DNA of 64,000 bases from an uncultured Acidobacteriota bacterium (GTDB taxonomy: Bacteria > Actinomycetota > Acidimicrobiia > Spongiisociales > ZC4RG35). Below are positions 9,832-18,897 of the stretch, one piece after another. The position numbers and the translations under genes were made by a program. How positions within the stretch are numbered: the first letter of the stretch is position 1; every line of letters begins with the position of its first letter. Location of the stretch: contig CAWHEU010000022.1 in the NCBI GenBank assembly GCA_963828465.1, positions 64,001 through 128,000 on the forward strand, read 5' to 3'. The notes under the pieces were generated by a model. It ran no database searches, was not told the origin of the DNA, and saw nothing but the letters and a program-made list of their open reading frames with translations.

Positions 9832-12007
9832 ATGTCGGGCGATCACCACGACGCCGGCGACCGCTGGACGAATCTCCTGGGCGATTTCAAACTCGGTCGG
9901 CTTCCGGCAACAGTCGGCACAGGGCTGGTGTTGGCATTGGTCAATTCTCTGCTGAGCATCGCCCTGATGTCCCTGATCTTCGACGGGGCGCTCGACGAGC
10001 GCGTTTCCGATCGGGATTGGCTTGGGATTGGTTGCGTCGGCATTGGTCGCCGTGATAGCTGCCCTCGGCAGCAGCTTCCCCGGCATGTACGCAGGCGTTC
10101 AGGACGCGAGCGCGGCGATTCTCGGGCTCAGCGCAGCGTCGATCGCAGCCACGCTCGTGGGGCCCGCTGCAATCGACACAGTGCTCGTCATGTTGGCCGT
10201 GACGTCCCTGGCCACCGGGCTGGTGTTCTTGCTCATGGGCTACTTCGCCCTCGGTGACGTCGCCAGATTCGTGCCCTTTCCAGTGATCGGGGGCCTGCTC
10301 GCCGGCACCGGCTACCTCATCCTGGTCGGGGGGATCGAGATCATGGGAGTGGAGTCTGTGAGCGATCTGATGGCCGGGAATGCTCTGGGTCTGTTCTGGC
10401 CCGGCGTTGTGCTCGCTGTCATGTTCTTCATCGCCTCCCGTCGGAGGTGGCCATCATGGGCCTACCTGGTGTTCCTGGCCGCTGGTGTCATCGGCTTTCA
10501 CGCAATCACCCGAGCTCTGGGGATCGACAAGGCCGAATCCCTCGAGAGGGGCTGGCTGCTCGGCCCTTTCCCGGAAGGCAGCATGTGGCCAGGACTCGTC
10601 GTGGACGCCCTCGGCGGCGCCGACTGGGGGGCACTCGCCGGTGAGGCTGCGGGCCTCGTCACCATCCTGCTCATCGTTCCGATAACTCTCCTTCTCTACA
10701 TCGGTGCGCTCGAGATCGAGACCAAGTCCGATGTCGACATGAACGCCGAGCTGCGGGCGACCGGCTGGGCGAATGTCGCCGCCGGCGCAGTGGGCGGTCC
10801 GCCCGGCTACATGTACCTGGCCGACACATTGATCACCCAGCGACTTGTGGGCAGACGACGGGGTCCTGCGGTTGTCGCCGCCGTCGGGATCCTGAGCGTG
10901 TTGGTGGTCGGGGGCGTCGTCCTGGAGTTCGTGCCCGAATTCGTCATCGGCGGCCTGCTCTTGTTCGTCGGAGCCGACTTTGTGGTGGAGTGGTTGTGGT
11001 CTTCCCGCCGACGGATGACACGCCTGGATTACGCCCTCATGTGGGGAATTGTGCTGGTGATCGCCACTGTCGGGTTCCTTCCCGGTGTCGCCGCCGGTCT
11101 GGTGGCGGCGATCGCCCTTTTCGTCGTCAGATACAGCCGAATCGATGTCGTCAAGCACTCCCTGACTGCCAGAGACCACCGAAGCAACATGGAGCGTTCC
11201 GAGATAGACGCCGACTATCTCCAGGAAGCGGGTGATTCGGTTCTGATCCTCCAGCTCCAGGGATTCATCTTCTTTGGCACGGCGAGCCGGATCACCCGGC
11301 ATGTCCGGACCCGCCGGGAAAGCACCGAGACGCTGCGGTTCGTCATCTTCGACTTTCGACAGGTGACCGGAATCGACTCCTCGGCGGTGGTGCTGTTCGA
11401 GAGGATCGCCCTGCTCGCCCGAGAACACGGATTGATCCTGGTGTTCACCGGGCTGAGCCCGACCCACCGGGCCCAGTTCTCCGAGCTCATGAGTGATTAT
11501 GAAGACGTGATCCGGGACGAGACCGACCTCGATCACGGGATGGCCTGGGCGGAAGACCGTCTCCTCGCCGCCGCCGGAGTGGGTGACGGGCAGCAACGGG
11601 CCCTTCCGGCCCGGCTAGCCGATGAGCTCGCCCCCTACCTCGCCAGGCGCTCGATCCCTGCCGGGAGTCAGCTAATGCGGCAGGGGGAGCCCACATCTGG
11701 CATCTTTCTCATCGTGTCCGGGCGCGTGACTGTTCTTCTCGAAGGGCGCGACGGAGAGCAGGTTCGGCTTCGTACCCTTCTCGAGGGGACCGTATTGGGC
11801 GAGATCAGCCTGTATAGAGACGAGCCGCACACCGCCACGGCGGTCACCGACACCGAGTGTGAGGTGCTGCACCTCACGCCTGAGCGATTCAATGATCTCT
11901 GTCGGGACGCGCCGGCGGTGGCTGCCGACTTCCATGCCTTCGTGGCTCGGACCCTTGCCGGTCGGGTGAGCCACGCCAACCGCGCCATCAGGGCGCTCCA
12001 GAGTTGA
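9832..12007 (+). CDS. SulP family anion transporter with STAS and cNMP-binding domains, frameshift near 10000
   Basis: RFVPFPVIGGLLAGTG, LQGFIFFGTA, DFRQVTGIDSSA, LGEISL..PHTATA; N-terminus in ORF 9832-10257, rest in 10022-12007. Confidence 0.88.
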
Positions 12008-12032
12008 CTCGACGACCGAGGATTCGCCTGCC

Positions 12033-13172
12033 TTGACCACCATCCGCGGGACCGAGGAGCAGGGTGCGACCTTCGTCGAGCTCTTCTTCGATCTCGTCTT
12101 CGTATTCGCGGTGACCCAGGTGACCGCGGTCCTCGCTCATGACCTCACCGGGGCGGGTCTGACGCGCGCTCTGATCCTCTTCTGGCTGGTGTGGTGGGCG
12201 TGGACCCAATACACCTGGTCGCTCAACGAGGCCGACACGGAGCATGTCTCGATCCGGTTCATCACCCTCGTGGCGACGGCAGTCGCCTTTCTCATGGCGG
12301 TGACAATCCCTTTGATCACGAGCCCGTTTGGCTGGTTGTTCCCTCTCTCCTATCTGGTGCTCCGCACAGTGGGTATCTCCCTGCAGTGGAGACTGGCCGC
12401 AGGCGACCCGGTATGGGTTCGATCGGTGAAGACGTGGACCGTCCTGTCGAGTCTTGGCCTGCTGGCGATCATCGCTGCTGTCTTCCTCCCGCCGGATCGC
12501 CGGTTTCTCGCCTTGGGTATCGCCGCTCTCCTCGATGTGGTCGCGGCTCTAGGAGCCGGTCGAGGCGAGTGGAGGCTGTTCCCGGGTCATTTCGCCGAAC
12601 GGCACGGGCTGTTTGTCATCATCGTGCTCGGCGAATCTCTCATTGCGGCCGGTTTGACCCTCGCCGATCAATCGCTGACCGTTGGTCTCCTGTCGGTAGC
12701 AGTCACCGCCGTTGCCGGAAGCTGCGCCCTTTGGTGGACGTATTTTGGATGGGCGAGGGAGGCGCTCGAAGACAGGATGAAGGCACAGCCTCCGAAGAGG
12801 CTGGGGAGGTATGCCCGGGACGTGTACTCCTTTGCCCACTTCCCCCTCATCTTCGGAGTCATTGGCTTCGCAGTCGGCATCGAGGAGGCCATCGCCCATC
12901 CCAAGGACCCATTTTCGTTTCCCGGGGCCTTGGCGTTGTGCCTCGGAGTCGCCTTGATCCTGGGCGGGACGGGACTGGCTCTGACGCTGGCTCGCGTTCG
13001 CGTGCCTCCGATCCGCTGGTGGGCGGTAGTCGTGCTGATCGTCGCTGTCCCGTTGGTGCGGCTCATGCCGGCTTGGGTCGCAATGACCTTCGTGTCAGTC
13101 GTGGTGGCGGGTCTGGCCATGGCCGAGGAGTCCTCGCAACACGATCGCGGGACATCGGAGGCATCTGTCTAA
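12033..13172 (+). CDS. Low temperature requirement protein A (LtrA) family membrane protein
   Basis: ATFVELFFDLVFVFAVTQ, HFAERHGLFVIIVLGES. Confidence 0.92.
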   Translation: MTTIRGTEEQGATFVELFFDLVFVFAVTQVTAVLAHDLTGAGLTRALILFWLVWWAWTQYTWSLNEADTEHVSIRFITLVATAVAFLMAVTIPLITSPFGWLFPLSYLVLRTVGISLQWRLAAGDPVWVRSVKTWTVLSSLGLLAIIAAVFLPPDRRFLALGIAALLDVVAALGAGRGEWRLFPGHFAERHGLFVIIVLGESLIAAGLTLADQSLTVGLLSVAVTAVAGSCALWWTYFGWAREALEDRMKAQPPKRLGRYARDVYSFAHFPLIFGVIGFAVGIEEAIAHPKDPFSFPGALALCLGVALILGGTGLALTLARVRVPPIRWWAVVVLIVAVPLVRLMPAWVAMTFVSVVVAGLAMAEESSQHDRGTSEASV

Positions 13173-13453
13173 AGCACCAGCTGGGTTTCTGCCGATCATC
13201 TCTTTGTGAACTGAGGAGAGCCCAGATGGACATGGCACCGGCAGTGAGGACCAAGCGAGTGCGCCTCCCCGAGATAGTCGGGCAGTGGTCGACGCGAGAG
13301 ACTGCGCTCCTCAGGGTCGACGCCGATGGGGACGGCCTCGGGGATAGGTTCATAGCGGTCAGGGTGACGAGCGAACCCACCGGACACGGGCTGGTTGGCG
13401 CCCTGCACAGGCTGTTGTATCCCCGATAGCGGGCGGCACGACCCTCGCTCTGG

Positions 13454-14623
13454 TCAGCTCGCCGTACTCGAGATAGCCGTTTGGAACACCGGGAGACCTC
13501 GCTCGATCATCTCCATGGTCCCGGTGAGCGAAATCCGGAAGTGTCCTGGCGAGGCGCACGTGGACCCCGGCAAGACCAGGACTCCGCGCTCGGCGAGCCT
13601 CTCCACGAAAGCCCCGTCATCAGGATCGGGAGATCGGACCCAGAGGTAGAAGGTTCCTTCCGGCGACTGGAGCTCGTAACCGGCGTGTAGGAGCTCGGTG
13701 ACAAGGAGGTCACGCTTTCGCTCCAGCTCGACGAGGTCGATCGAGAGCTTGTCCAATTCGGCCAGTGAGTACTGCATGATTGCGCTGGGGAACAACCAGC
13801 CGCCTGCGATCTGGGCCATGAAGATGGCGGAACGCAGCGCCTCCCGGTCCGGCATCCTTGGCGTCCAGGCGAGCCACCCCACCCGTTGACCAGGTGTGAG
13901 CAGGATCTTGCCGTAGCTGTAAGAGATGAGAGTGTGCGGGTAGTACTCCGCAGGGCTGGAGAACTTGGCGTCGCTGAACACCAGCTTGGAATAGGGCTCA
14001 TCGGAGAGCAGGTAGATCGGCTTTCCGAACCGCTCGGAAGCGTCGGTCAGGAGATCGGCAAGGCCCTCGAGGGTGGAGGGCGGGTAGATGCGACCCGTGG
14101 GGTTGTGTGGTGTGTTCACGATCAGCAAGCGTGTCTTCTCGGTGATTGCCTGGCCAAGGCGTTCCAGGTCGAGGTCGTAGTCGTCGCTCCGGACGGGGAC
14201 GTTGACCGGGATCGCGCCGGACGCCAGGATCATCGATCGGTAGAAGAACCACGGGGGATCGAAGTAGACGACCTCGTCACCGACATCCACTAGCGCCCCG
14301 AGGGCGATGGCGATGGCGCCGAAAGCGCCCGGTGTCATCGCGATGTCCTCAGGGTCGAAGGTCTGACCACGCCATTCGAGGAGATGATTCGCCACAGTGC
14401 GCTGCGACTCCACCTCGGAGAACTTGTAGGCGTAGTGGTTCTTGCTACGCGGAGTGGTGGACGAAGTAAGGGCCGAGGCAAATCCGTCCACAACCATCTC
14501 CTGAGGATTCCCGAAGGCGAAATCAGCGATGTCGGGCTTGTGGCGATGCTCCTCCCAGAGAGGCAGGAAAGAGAGCAACGCGTGGTTGGCTGCCGTGATT
14601 CGTTGGATCCGCTCGGTCACCAT
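13454..14623 (-). CDS. Class I/II PLP-dependent aminotransferase
   Basis: FGNP, NTPHNPTG, SDEPY, SYSYGK...PGQRVGW. Confidence 0.92.
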   Translation of the reverse strand: MVTERIQRITAANHALLSFLPLWEEHRHKPDIADFAFGNPQEMVVDGFASALTSSTTPRSKNHYAYKFSEVESQRTVANHLLEWRGQTFDPEDIAMTPGAFGAIAIALGALVDVGDEVVYFDPPWFFYRSMILASGAIPVNVPVRSDDYDLDLERLGQAITEKTRLLIVNTPHNPTGRIYPPSTLEGLADLLTDASERFGKPIYLLSDEPYSKLVFSDAKFSSPAEYYPHTLISYSYGKILLTPGQRVGWLAWTPRMPDREALRSAIFMAQIAGGWLFPSAIMQYSLAELDKLSIDLVELERKRDLLVTELLHAGYELQSPEGTFYLWVRSPDPDDGAFVERLAERGVLVLPGSTCASPGHFRISLTGTMEMIERGLPVFQTAISSTAS

Positions 14624-14716
14624 GCAGGTAGCTGACGATAACCGCGACTACGCGCTCGACCATGGGGGGTTTGCCCCAGCTGACCCGGTTCTCCGCCATA
14701 TTCTCCCGGGCAAGAC

Positions 14717-15319
14717 ATGTTGATCCGTCCGGTCGAGCCAGCAGATCTCGATGCCCTCTACGAGGTCTGTCTCCGCACCGGTGACGCCGGGGAGGACGCG
14801 AGCGCCCGGTTCGTCGACGGCCGTCTCCTCGGTGAGGTCTACGTCGGGCCCTACTTGATGATGCCTAGCGGGATCGGTTTCACCGCAGTAGCGGAAGGCT
14901 TCCCGTCCGGGTATGTCCTGGCCGCCGTCGACACCCGGCGATTCGAGGCCGAATGCGAGGCGGAGTGGTGGCCTCCGTTGCGCGATCGATACCCACAACC
15001 GGTGGTCGACGATCCGTCGACCGACGACGCCGAGATCATCGCCCTGATCCACGATCCGGAGAGCCCACCCGACGAGATCGTGGCCCGATATCCGGCCCAT
15101 CTCCACATCGATCTGCTCCCCGTCTTGCAGGGTAGAGGGGTGGGTCGAGAGATGATGAGCCGTCTCCTCGATGAGCTGCGGGCCAGGGGAGCGCCCGGTG
15201 TCCACCTCGGAGTCGACGCACGCAACCAGCGCGCCGTCGGCTTCTACGAGCACCTCGGTTTCGAACATCTCGATGACAGCGATGCTGTCGTGATGGGGGT
15301 GCGGCTCGACGAGAGCTGA
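14717..15319 (+). CDS. GNAT family N-acetyltransferase
   Basis: YPAHLHIDLLP.LQGRGVG, GVHLGV, N.RAVGFYEHLGF. Confidence 0.92.
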   Translation: MLIRPVEPADLDALYEVCLRTGDAGEDASARFVDGRLLGEVYVGPYLMMPSGIGFTAVAEGFPSGYVLAAVDTRRFEAECEAEWWPPLRDRYPQPVVDDPSTDDAEIIALIHDPESPPDEIVARYPAHLHIDLLPVLQGRGVGREMMSRLLDELRARGAPGVHLGVDARNQRAVGFYEHLGFEHLDDSDAVVMGVRLDES

Positions 15320-15585
15320 GGTCGAGGGGCCGAGAGTCCGGGGTGAATGGCATCTGGCGCCCTGTCAGGATCTGACGGGCGTCTTGCGGGTGCCACGTGG
15401 CGGACGGCCGGGCCGGGAGGAGCCCAAATTGACCATCCACCACGCGACCTCTGGTCTGTCGTGGCGACAGAGCCGATGCCGTGGGCCCAATCGGCCGCAC
15501 GAGCCAGAGCCAGGCCGTTTCGGCTGAAGGGCCCACAGCATCACTCATCGCCGCGTATCACCTCCTCTCTGACATCCACCCACCG

Positions 15586-17178
15586 TCAGCTGGAGAGATG
15601 TTGCGACTGACCGATCGACTGACCAGTGCCGTTCCGGTTGGCGGCTATCGCCTTGGTCCCGGCTTCGTTGGACTGATCGAGGTCCTTCTGGCCGCGGTCG
15701 GACATGTTGGACTGATCGGTTTCAGCGTTCGGCTGTGCGTTCTGGTTGGTGGTGTTGTTGTTCCCAGCCGTCTGTGACTGAGTCCTGACACACCGGTCGC
15801 AGTCCGCCCCGAGGCAGTCCTTGTCCTTGTGGTCGCGGTCGTCCTTGTCCTTGTGGTCGCGGTCGTCCTTGTCCTTGTGGTCGCGGTCGTCCTTGTCCTT
15901 GTGGTCGCGGTCGTCCTTGTCCTTGTGGTCGCGGTCGTCCTTGTCCTGGTGGTCGCGGTCGTCCTTGTCCTGGTGGTCGCGGTCGTCCTTGTCCCGGGCA
16001 GTCTGATCCTGGTCGATCGACTGCTCGGTGCCGTTCTCGTTGACGGCTAAGACGGTGGTCTCAGCCTCGTTGGACTGCTCGGCGCCATCGCGTTCGCGCT
16101 CCGACTCGTAGCCCTTGTTCCAGGTCGGATTCGGGGCCTGAGCCTGGTCGGATCCGGTCTGATTGGACTGGTTGGTCGTCGCGCTGGGAGTGGCGTCTTG
16201 GTTGGTGGTGTTGTTGTTCTCAGCTGTTTGCGTCTGAGATCCGCCACTTTCCGAACCGCACTTGCCGCAGCTATCACGGTCGTCACCGGCGGTCTGATCC
16301 TGGTCGATCGACTGCTCGGTGCCGTTCTCGTTGACGGCTACGACGGTGGTCTCAGCCTCGTTGGCTTGTTCGGCGCCACCGTTTTCACGATGCGAGTCAT
16401 CACTTTTCCACTCCTTCGGGGCCCAGGACTGACCCTTGTCAGACCCGATCTCGTTGGACTGGTTGGTCGTCGCGCTGGGAGTGGCGTTTTGGTTGGTGGT
16501 GTTGTTGTTCTCTGCGTATTGCTCGAGATAACCGTCACCTTCCGAACCGCACTTGCCACAGCCACCAAAGTCGTCACCGGCGGTCTGATCCTGGTCGATC
16601 GACTGCTCGGTGCCGTTCTGATTAACCCCAACGACAGTGGTCTCAGCCTCGTTTGACTGATCGACTTTGCCGTTGTTGCTGTCCTTGCTGAGGACGGCCA
16701 CCGGGGCATACACGTTGACCTGATTGGTCTCCGCGCTCGGCTCTGCGTTCTGGTTGGTCGTGTTGTTGTTCTCAGCTGTTTGCGTCTGAGATCCGCCACT
16801 TTCCGAACCGCACTTGCCGCAGCTATCACGGTCGTCACCGGCAGTCTGATCCTGGTCGATCGACTGCTCGGTGCCGTTCTCGTTGACGGCGACCACCTTC
16901 GTATCAGCCTCGTTCGACTGATCCACTTTGCCGTTGTTGCTACCGGTGCTGAGGACAGCTATCGGTGCATACACGTTGACCTGATTGGTCTCGGCGCTCG
17001 GCTCGGCGGTCTGGTTGGTCTCGTTTGTGTTGGTTGCTTCTTGGGTCAGGCTGATGATCGCCTCGGGGTCCACAGGGAGTGGACTCTCCGAACTGGCACT
17101 CGCCATTCCGGCGGTTGCGATCATTGCCCCACTGGCGAGCGCGGCCGTTGTCAGCGCTCTCTTGAGCCAGTGCTTCAT
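15586..17178 (-). CDS. Secreted Asn/Gln/Thr-rich repeat protein with CxxC linkers (functional-amyloid/beta-solenoid candidate)
   Basis: Signal peptide ending AGMASA; five imperfect repeats of A.N.N.TNQ.A.P.A.T.Q.N ... Q.NEA.T.V.AVN.NGTEQSIDQDQ; CGKC three times plus CDRC; RBS GGAGGTG. Confidence 0.8.
   Translation of the reverse strand: MKHWLKRALTTAALASGAMIATAGMASASSESPLPVDPEAIISLTQEATNTNETNQTAEPSAETNQVNVYAPIAVLSTGSNNGKVDQSNEADTKVVAVNENGTEQSIDQDQTAGDDRDSCGKCGSESGGSQTQTAENNNTTNQNAEPSAETNQVNVYAPVAVLSKDSNNGKVDQSNEAETTVVGVNQNGTEQSIDQDQTAGDDFGGCGKCGSEGDGYLEQYAENNNTTNQNATPSATTNQSNEIGSDKGQSWAPKEWKSDDSHRENGGAEQANEAETTVVAVNENGTEQSIDQDQTAGDDRDSCGKCGSESGGSQTQTAENNNTTNQDATPSATTNQSNQTGSDQAQAPNPTWNKGYESERERDGAEQSNEAETTVLAVNENGTEQSIDQDQTARDKDDRDHQDKDDRDHQDKDDRDHKDKDDRDHKDKDDRDHKDKDDRDHKDKDDRDHKDKDCLGADCDRCVRTQSQTAGNNNTTNQNAQPNAETDQSNMSDRGQKDLDQSNEAGTKAIAANRNGTGQSIGQSQHLSS
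15817..15993 (-). repeat. 24-bp coding tandem repeat, about 7.4 copies, encoding DKDDRDH(K/Q)
   Basis: gtccttgtccttgtggtcgcggtc units read directly. Confidence 0.97.
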
Positions 17179-17182
17179 GATT

Positions 17183-17255
17183 CACCTCCATTGGGTGTCT
17201 GAGAAAACGCGCGACGGGCAGTCAGTCCTCGCTCGCGCGTTGCGAAATGGAGGTG
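17183..17255 (-). promoter_or_regulatory. RBS-sequestering nested stem-loop (anti-SD) between the two repeat-protein genes
   Basis: Minus-strand mRNA: stop UAA, C, CACCUCCAUU ... AACGCGCGA ... UCGCGCGUU ... AAUGGAGGUG, AAUC, AUG; outer 10-bp and inner 9-bp perfect inverted repeats. Confidence 0.8.
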
Positions 17256-17256
17256 G

Positions 17257-18552
17257 TTAGCCGGGTAGCTCTAGTGCCTCTGCCAGGGCGAATGGGCGCC
17301 AGACAACCGGTCGAGGCCGGAGCCAGCGGCTCAACCGGGGCGCGATCAACCCGAGCAGAACGAGTACAGCTAGAAGACCTGATGTCGAGCCGGAGCTCGA
17401 GGAGGATGATGAGACAACGACCCCTGGTCGAGCTCGAAGCCCGGCACCCTCAAAGTCATACGGTGGGGGTTCAGGGCGGTTGGCGGCAGCTCTCGCGTCG
17501 GCTGCGCCGCCGGCCGCACTAGGAGTCGGCGACGCAGCAGCCACGACGGAATCCGAACCGTCGTCGACGATTACAGGCCGAGCCGTGAGCGGCGGTGGCA
17601 GCGGGCTACCGATTGTTGGCGGCTGTGGCCTCGTGGTGGGTCTCGTGGACCCCTGGTCCGGAGTGGGGATGGCTGTCTCCGGGTCATCGGAAGGGGGATT
17701 GGGCGCTGCCGGATCAGGATCCGTAGCAGAACCTCTGTCTGGGACGTCGTCGACTCCTCCGAGCAGATCTTCTGGCGAGGGGACCAAAGGGAGGGTGACA
17801 CCGACTAGATCATCGACCCCGTCGAGAATCGGGCCCGATACGTCATCGACGAGCCCGGTCGTTTCTTCGACCGTGGTCGTAACCACACCGAGAACGGGTT
17901 GCAGCGGCTCCGCGATCTGTTCGAGTGTCGGCGGAACAGTCCGGACAATTCGAGTCACCGGCTCTTCGATGGTGCCGGCGACGGAATCCACGACTTTCGG
18001 CACCGTATCGGTGACCGGTTCGGCGGCTTCGGTGACCGGTTCGACGACCCTGGTGACAGGTTCCACGGCTTCGGTGACCGGTTCGACGGCTTTGGCTACC
18101 GGTTCGACGACCCTGGTGACAGGTTCCACGGCTTTGGTGACCGGTTCGACGACTTGGGCTACCGGCTCGACGACCCTGGTGACCGGTTCCACGACTGCGT
18201 TCACGGGATTCTGCGGGGCGGGTTGCTGCGTGGGAGCGACGTCGCGCGAGGCTGGCTCAGGGACGATTTCGGTCACATCTTCGACGACTTCGGCAACACC
18301 AGTCTCCGACTGCTCGGGCTCCGGCTCGGGCGTAGATCCGGTTCCGGTTCCGAGGTCAATCTCCACTGGAAGCTCTTCGACGACCTCACCGATGCCGAGG
18401 GCCTGTGCGGTCCCGGCAGAGAGCGAGATCATGAATGCAGCCAGAGCGAGTGCGCCAGCGATCCTGGCGAGGGGATGTGCCTGACGCCGGTCTGCTGTTC
18501 CGGCCCGTGGAGCCTCTGTTACCGAATGCCTATCCATACCCAGCCCATGCAT
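17257..18552 (-). CDS. Exported Pro/Val/Glu-rich repeat protein with C-terminal TM helix and basic tail ending LELPG
   Basis: RBS GGGAGG before ATG 18552; hydrophobic signal ending AGTAQA; VEPV repeats; Ser run, GLLAVLVLLGLIAP, RLSRWLRPRP. Confidence 0.78.
   Translation of the reverse strand: MHGLGMDRHSVTEAPRAGTADRRQAHPLARIAGALALAAFMISLSAGTAQALGIGEVVEELPVEIDLGTGTGSTPEPEPEQSETGVAEVVEDVTEIVPEPASRDVAPTQQPAPQNPVNAVVEPVTRVVEPVAQVVEPVTKAVEPVTRVVEPVAKAVEPVTEAVEPVTRVVEPVTEAAEPVTDTVPKVVDSVAGTIEEPVTRIVRTVPPTLEQIAEPLQPVLGVVTTTVEETTGLVDDVSGPILDGVDDLVGVTLPLVPSPEDLLGGVDDVPDRGSATDPDPAAPNPPSDDPETAIPTPDQGSTRPTTRPQPPTIGSPLPPPLTARPVIVDDGSDSVVAAASPTPSAAGGAADARAAANRPEPPPYDFEGAGLRARPGVVVSSSSSSSGSTSGLLAVLVLLGLIAPRLSRWLRPRPVVWRPFALAEALELPG
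18007..18195 (-). repeat. 21-bp imperfect coding tandem repeat, 9 copies, encoding (V/A)VEPV(T/A)x
   Basis: VVEPVTR VVEPVAQ VVEPVTK AVEPVTR VVEPVAK AVEPVTE AVEPVTR VVEPVTE AAEPVTD. Confidence 0.93.
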
Positions 18553-18669
18553 ACCGTCGGACCTCCCGCGAGGGAGGTGCCTGGCTCCGGCGACGAGCAC
18601 CATACCCGACTCATGGGATCTCGAAACCACAACGGTTAGAAGCGCGAAAAGAAACCTTGCCGTGGCTCG

Positions 18670-18777
18670 TCATCCATCCGAGGCCGCGAGCGCCAGAGGT
18701 CGCGACCCCTCATCGGGTCCACCGGGACCCTGCATGATGCCGTCCAGGGTGACGAATGTGGTCGCGGTCAGGTTCAT
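18670..18777 (-). pseudogene. N-terminal remnant (35 aa) of a dihydrofolate reductase/RibD-C family gene
   Basis: RBS GAAGGAGAAGG, then MNLTATTFVTLDGIMQGPGGPDE, matching the family N-terminus, then early stop. Confidence 0.75.
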
Positions 18778-18897
18778 GACCTTCTCCTTCCTGACCGGTT
18801 TTCGGCCTTCATGACTAACGAATCGGTCCGGCCCGGATCGGCAAGTCCGAGAGTTCAATCCCAGGATGCCGACCACGCCCTGGTTAACGTTTTTCGC

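Noticed and set aside
13173-13453. Small ORFs between ltrA and the aminotransferase
   Set aside because: No convincing start signal or recognisable motif in any frame.
15817-15993. Possible CRISPR array
   Set aside because: Repeats are contiguous with no spacers and are in-frame coding sequence.
17480-18639. Plus-strand repeat ORFs (334 aa VTGSTT and 246 aa GDRFDD)
   Set aside because: Alternative-frame shadows of the 21-bp repeat; the minus-strand ORF has the RBS, signal peptide and TM.
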